In this document: positions 62,433-64,000 of the stretch, piece after piece
Layout: each line of letters starts with the position of its first letter
Position numbering within the stretch: the stretch's first letter is position 1
Assembly (NCBI RefSeq): GCF_006345805.1
Contig: NC_043016.1
Coordinates: 30,256,001-30,320,000 of the forward strand
Source of the DNA: Octopus sinensis
Taxonomy: Eukaryota
Length of the DNA stretch: 64,000 bases
Direction: 5' to 3'
Notes under the pieces: generated by a model
Told to the model about the DNA's origin: nothing
Databases searched by the model: none
Seen by the model: only the letters and a program-made list of their open reading frames with translations
Position numbers and translations under genes: made by a program

Positions 62433-63024
62433 TACATGGTCTGATCAATAAATATCCAGACTGCTGCCATAGTAATGAAGCTAAAGCACACAGAGTGAAG
62501 CCTCTTGGCACAGATTGACCTTGACCTCTGCTGTGCACTAAGTTTTAATGTTCTAGCTCACTTCTGCTGTTTACAGCAGTGCTTGGAAGGAACATGTGTA
62601 GTGTGTGACTGCTGCATTGACCATGACAGAAAAAGTTGTCATGGTGATACCTGCTCAGAGGCCTGCACAAAGTTGCAGAAAGTGTATGGGGTGGGGTGTA
62701 TGAATCGCACACAAGTGTACGAGTGGTTCAGATGTTTCCAAGATGGTCGAAGAAATATTGGTATTGACAAATGTTCTGGGAGACCCGCAACCAGTAGAAC
62801 TGAGAAAATCATTGCTGTGAGCTGTGAGGAGAAATTGTTGAATCACCATCCATGAGTTGTCAGAGGATGTGCAGATTAGTTACAGTTCAGTTCAGTCCAT
62901 TATCACTGAAGATTTGGGTATGAGATGCATGTCTGCCAAGATTGTGCCCAAACTGTTTTCAGTTGACCAAAAAGACACTAGGATTTCAGTTGCAAAAAAT
63001 CTCCTTGATTATGTTGAGAACAAT
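62433..63024 (+). mobile_element. Mariner transposon 5' half (TIR plus HTH region), truncated
   Basis: TA + CATGGTCTGATCAATAAATATCC start; TCSEACTKLQKVYG..CMNRTQVYEWFRCFQDGR..SGRPATS..ISYSSVQSIITEDLGMR..SAKIVPKLFS. Cut off by a SINE at 63025. Confidence 0.85.
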
Positions 63025-63564
63025 TCTCTTTTACTTGTTTCAGTCATTTGACTGCAGCCATGCTGGAGCACCGCCTTTAGTCAAGCAAGCACACTATGCT
63101 GGTGTGTTTATGTCCCCATAACTTAGCGGTTTGGCAAAAGAGACCGATAGAATAAGTACTAGGCTTACAAAGAATAAGTCCTGGGGTTGATCTGCTCGAC
63201 TAAAGGCAGTGCTCCAGCATGGCCACAGTCAGATGACTGAAACAAGTAAAAGAGTAAAAGAGTATGTATGACACTTCATCCTCACTCCTCATTTGTTTTC
63301 ATGTTTGCTTTTTCATGCTTGCACTACACTTAATCTTCCACAATCCCACAACCTCCAAATCATTTTCTTTTTTTCTCTTTTTTGTTCCCTTTGTCCTTTT
63401 GATATTTATGTGTGTGTGGAGATTGGGGGAGGGCGGTTGGCTGGATGGATTTCCTTTTTTTTTTTTCTTTCTCTTCCTCCCATTTTTTTCTTGCTCTCTT
63501 GACCAACCCTTCATCCATTTTTTCCACTCACTGACTATTCCTCTTTTTCATTCCTATTCTTTCC

Positions 63565-63603
63565 TTTTTTCTGATGAAGGACTAATGTCTGAAATGTTAA
63601 GAC
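63565..63603 (+). ncRNA. Minimal hammerhead-like motif
   Basis: CTGATGA A GGAC-taat-GTCT GAAA TGT T AAGAC: intact core, stem II with one G-U pair, weak stem I, non-palindromic ATGT. Confidence 0.5.
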
Positions 63604-64000
63604 ACTTTTTGTTTCTATCAAAATATTAATTTAATACCTTATTTGCTAATCTTTGTTCCTTCGGCCTTGCCCTTTTTTCTTGTTATGGACTTAAGGGTAT
63701 AAAAATTAACACTTCCTTCTCCAAGCCTAGATTCAAAACCGAATCTAAGAATTCTCGGTTGTCCAAACCACCCCGATCAACAGGCATGAAAAAAGATTTT
63801 CTTTGTCCTGTCAAAAAGTTATTGATCATCTCTCTTTGACCTACGACCTCAGCTATGTCAGGCAAAGTTCAAGTGGACAGGAGCTGACCTATTTAGGTAC
63901 AAACTCTGCTGCAGTATGTCTGTCCTTCTAGCTGCCGCAATTATTATAAATACGGTGGTCAACAGACAGACAAAAATGAAAGGCCTAACAGGCAAATGAG

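Noticed and set aside
63660-64000. CpG-containing coding-like stretch at the window end
   Set aside because: No phase-compatible LEKR1 acceptor and no recognisable domain; probably a mobile-element remnant that I cannot assign.

Overview
AT-rich, repeat-dense eukaryotic genomic DNA. The SINE families and microsatellite style suggest a coleoid cephalopod, most likely Octopus; this is recognition from memory, not a database result. One protein-coding gene is well supported: a LEKR1-like coiled-coil gene on the + strand. Its four exons (43440-43736, 55899-56018, 59842-60017, 61051-61236) have canonical GT-AG sites and compatible phases, and the gene runs off the right end. A second, unidentified gene is likely on the - strand (exon 3652-3832, candidate upstream exon ending at 7098), beside a candidate bidirectional promoter at 7.1-7.8 kb. 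The rest is mostly decayed mobile DNA: several tRNA-derived SINE families, RTE, CR1-like and R4/Dong-like LINE fragments, Penelope-like pieces, a DD37D/maT and a mariner fragment, MITEs and Helitron-like elements, long microsatellites, and a 100-N gap at 21840-21939. The most unusual observation is a tRNA-headed SINE with a Penelope-type hammerhead-ribozyme tail, present as a head-to-head palindromic dimer inside one 12-bp direct repeat (51773-52385). Several other minimal hammerhead motifs and an RTE LINE ending in three C2H2 fingers also stand out. Coordinates of decayed repeats are approximate. No rRNA, true tRNA or CRISPR array is supported.
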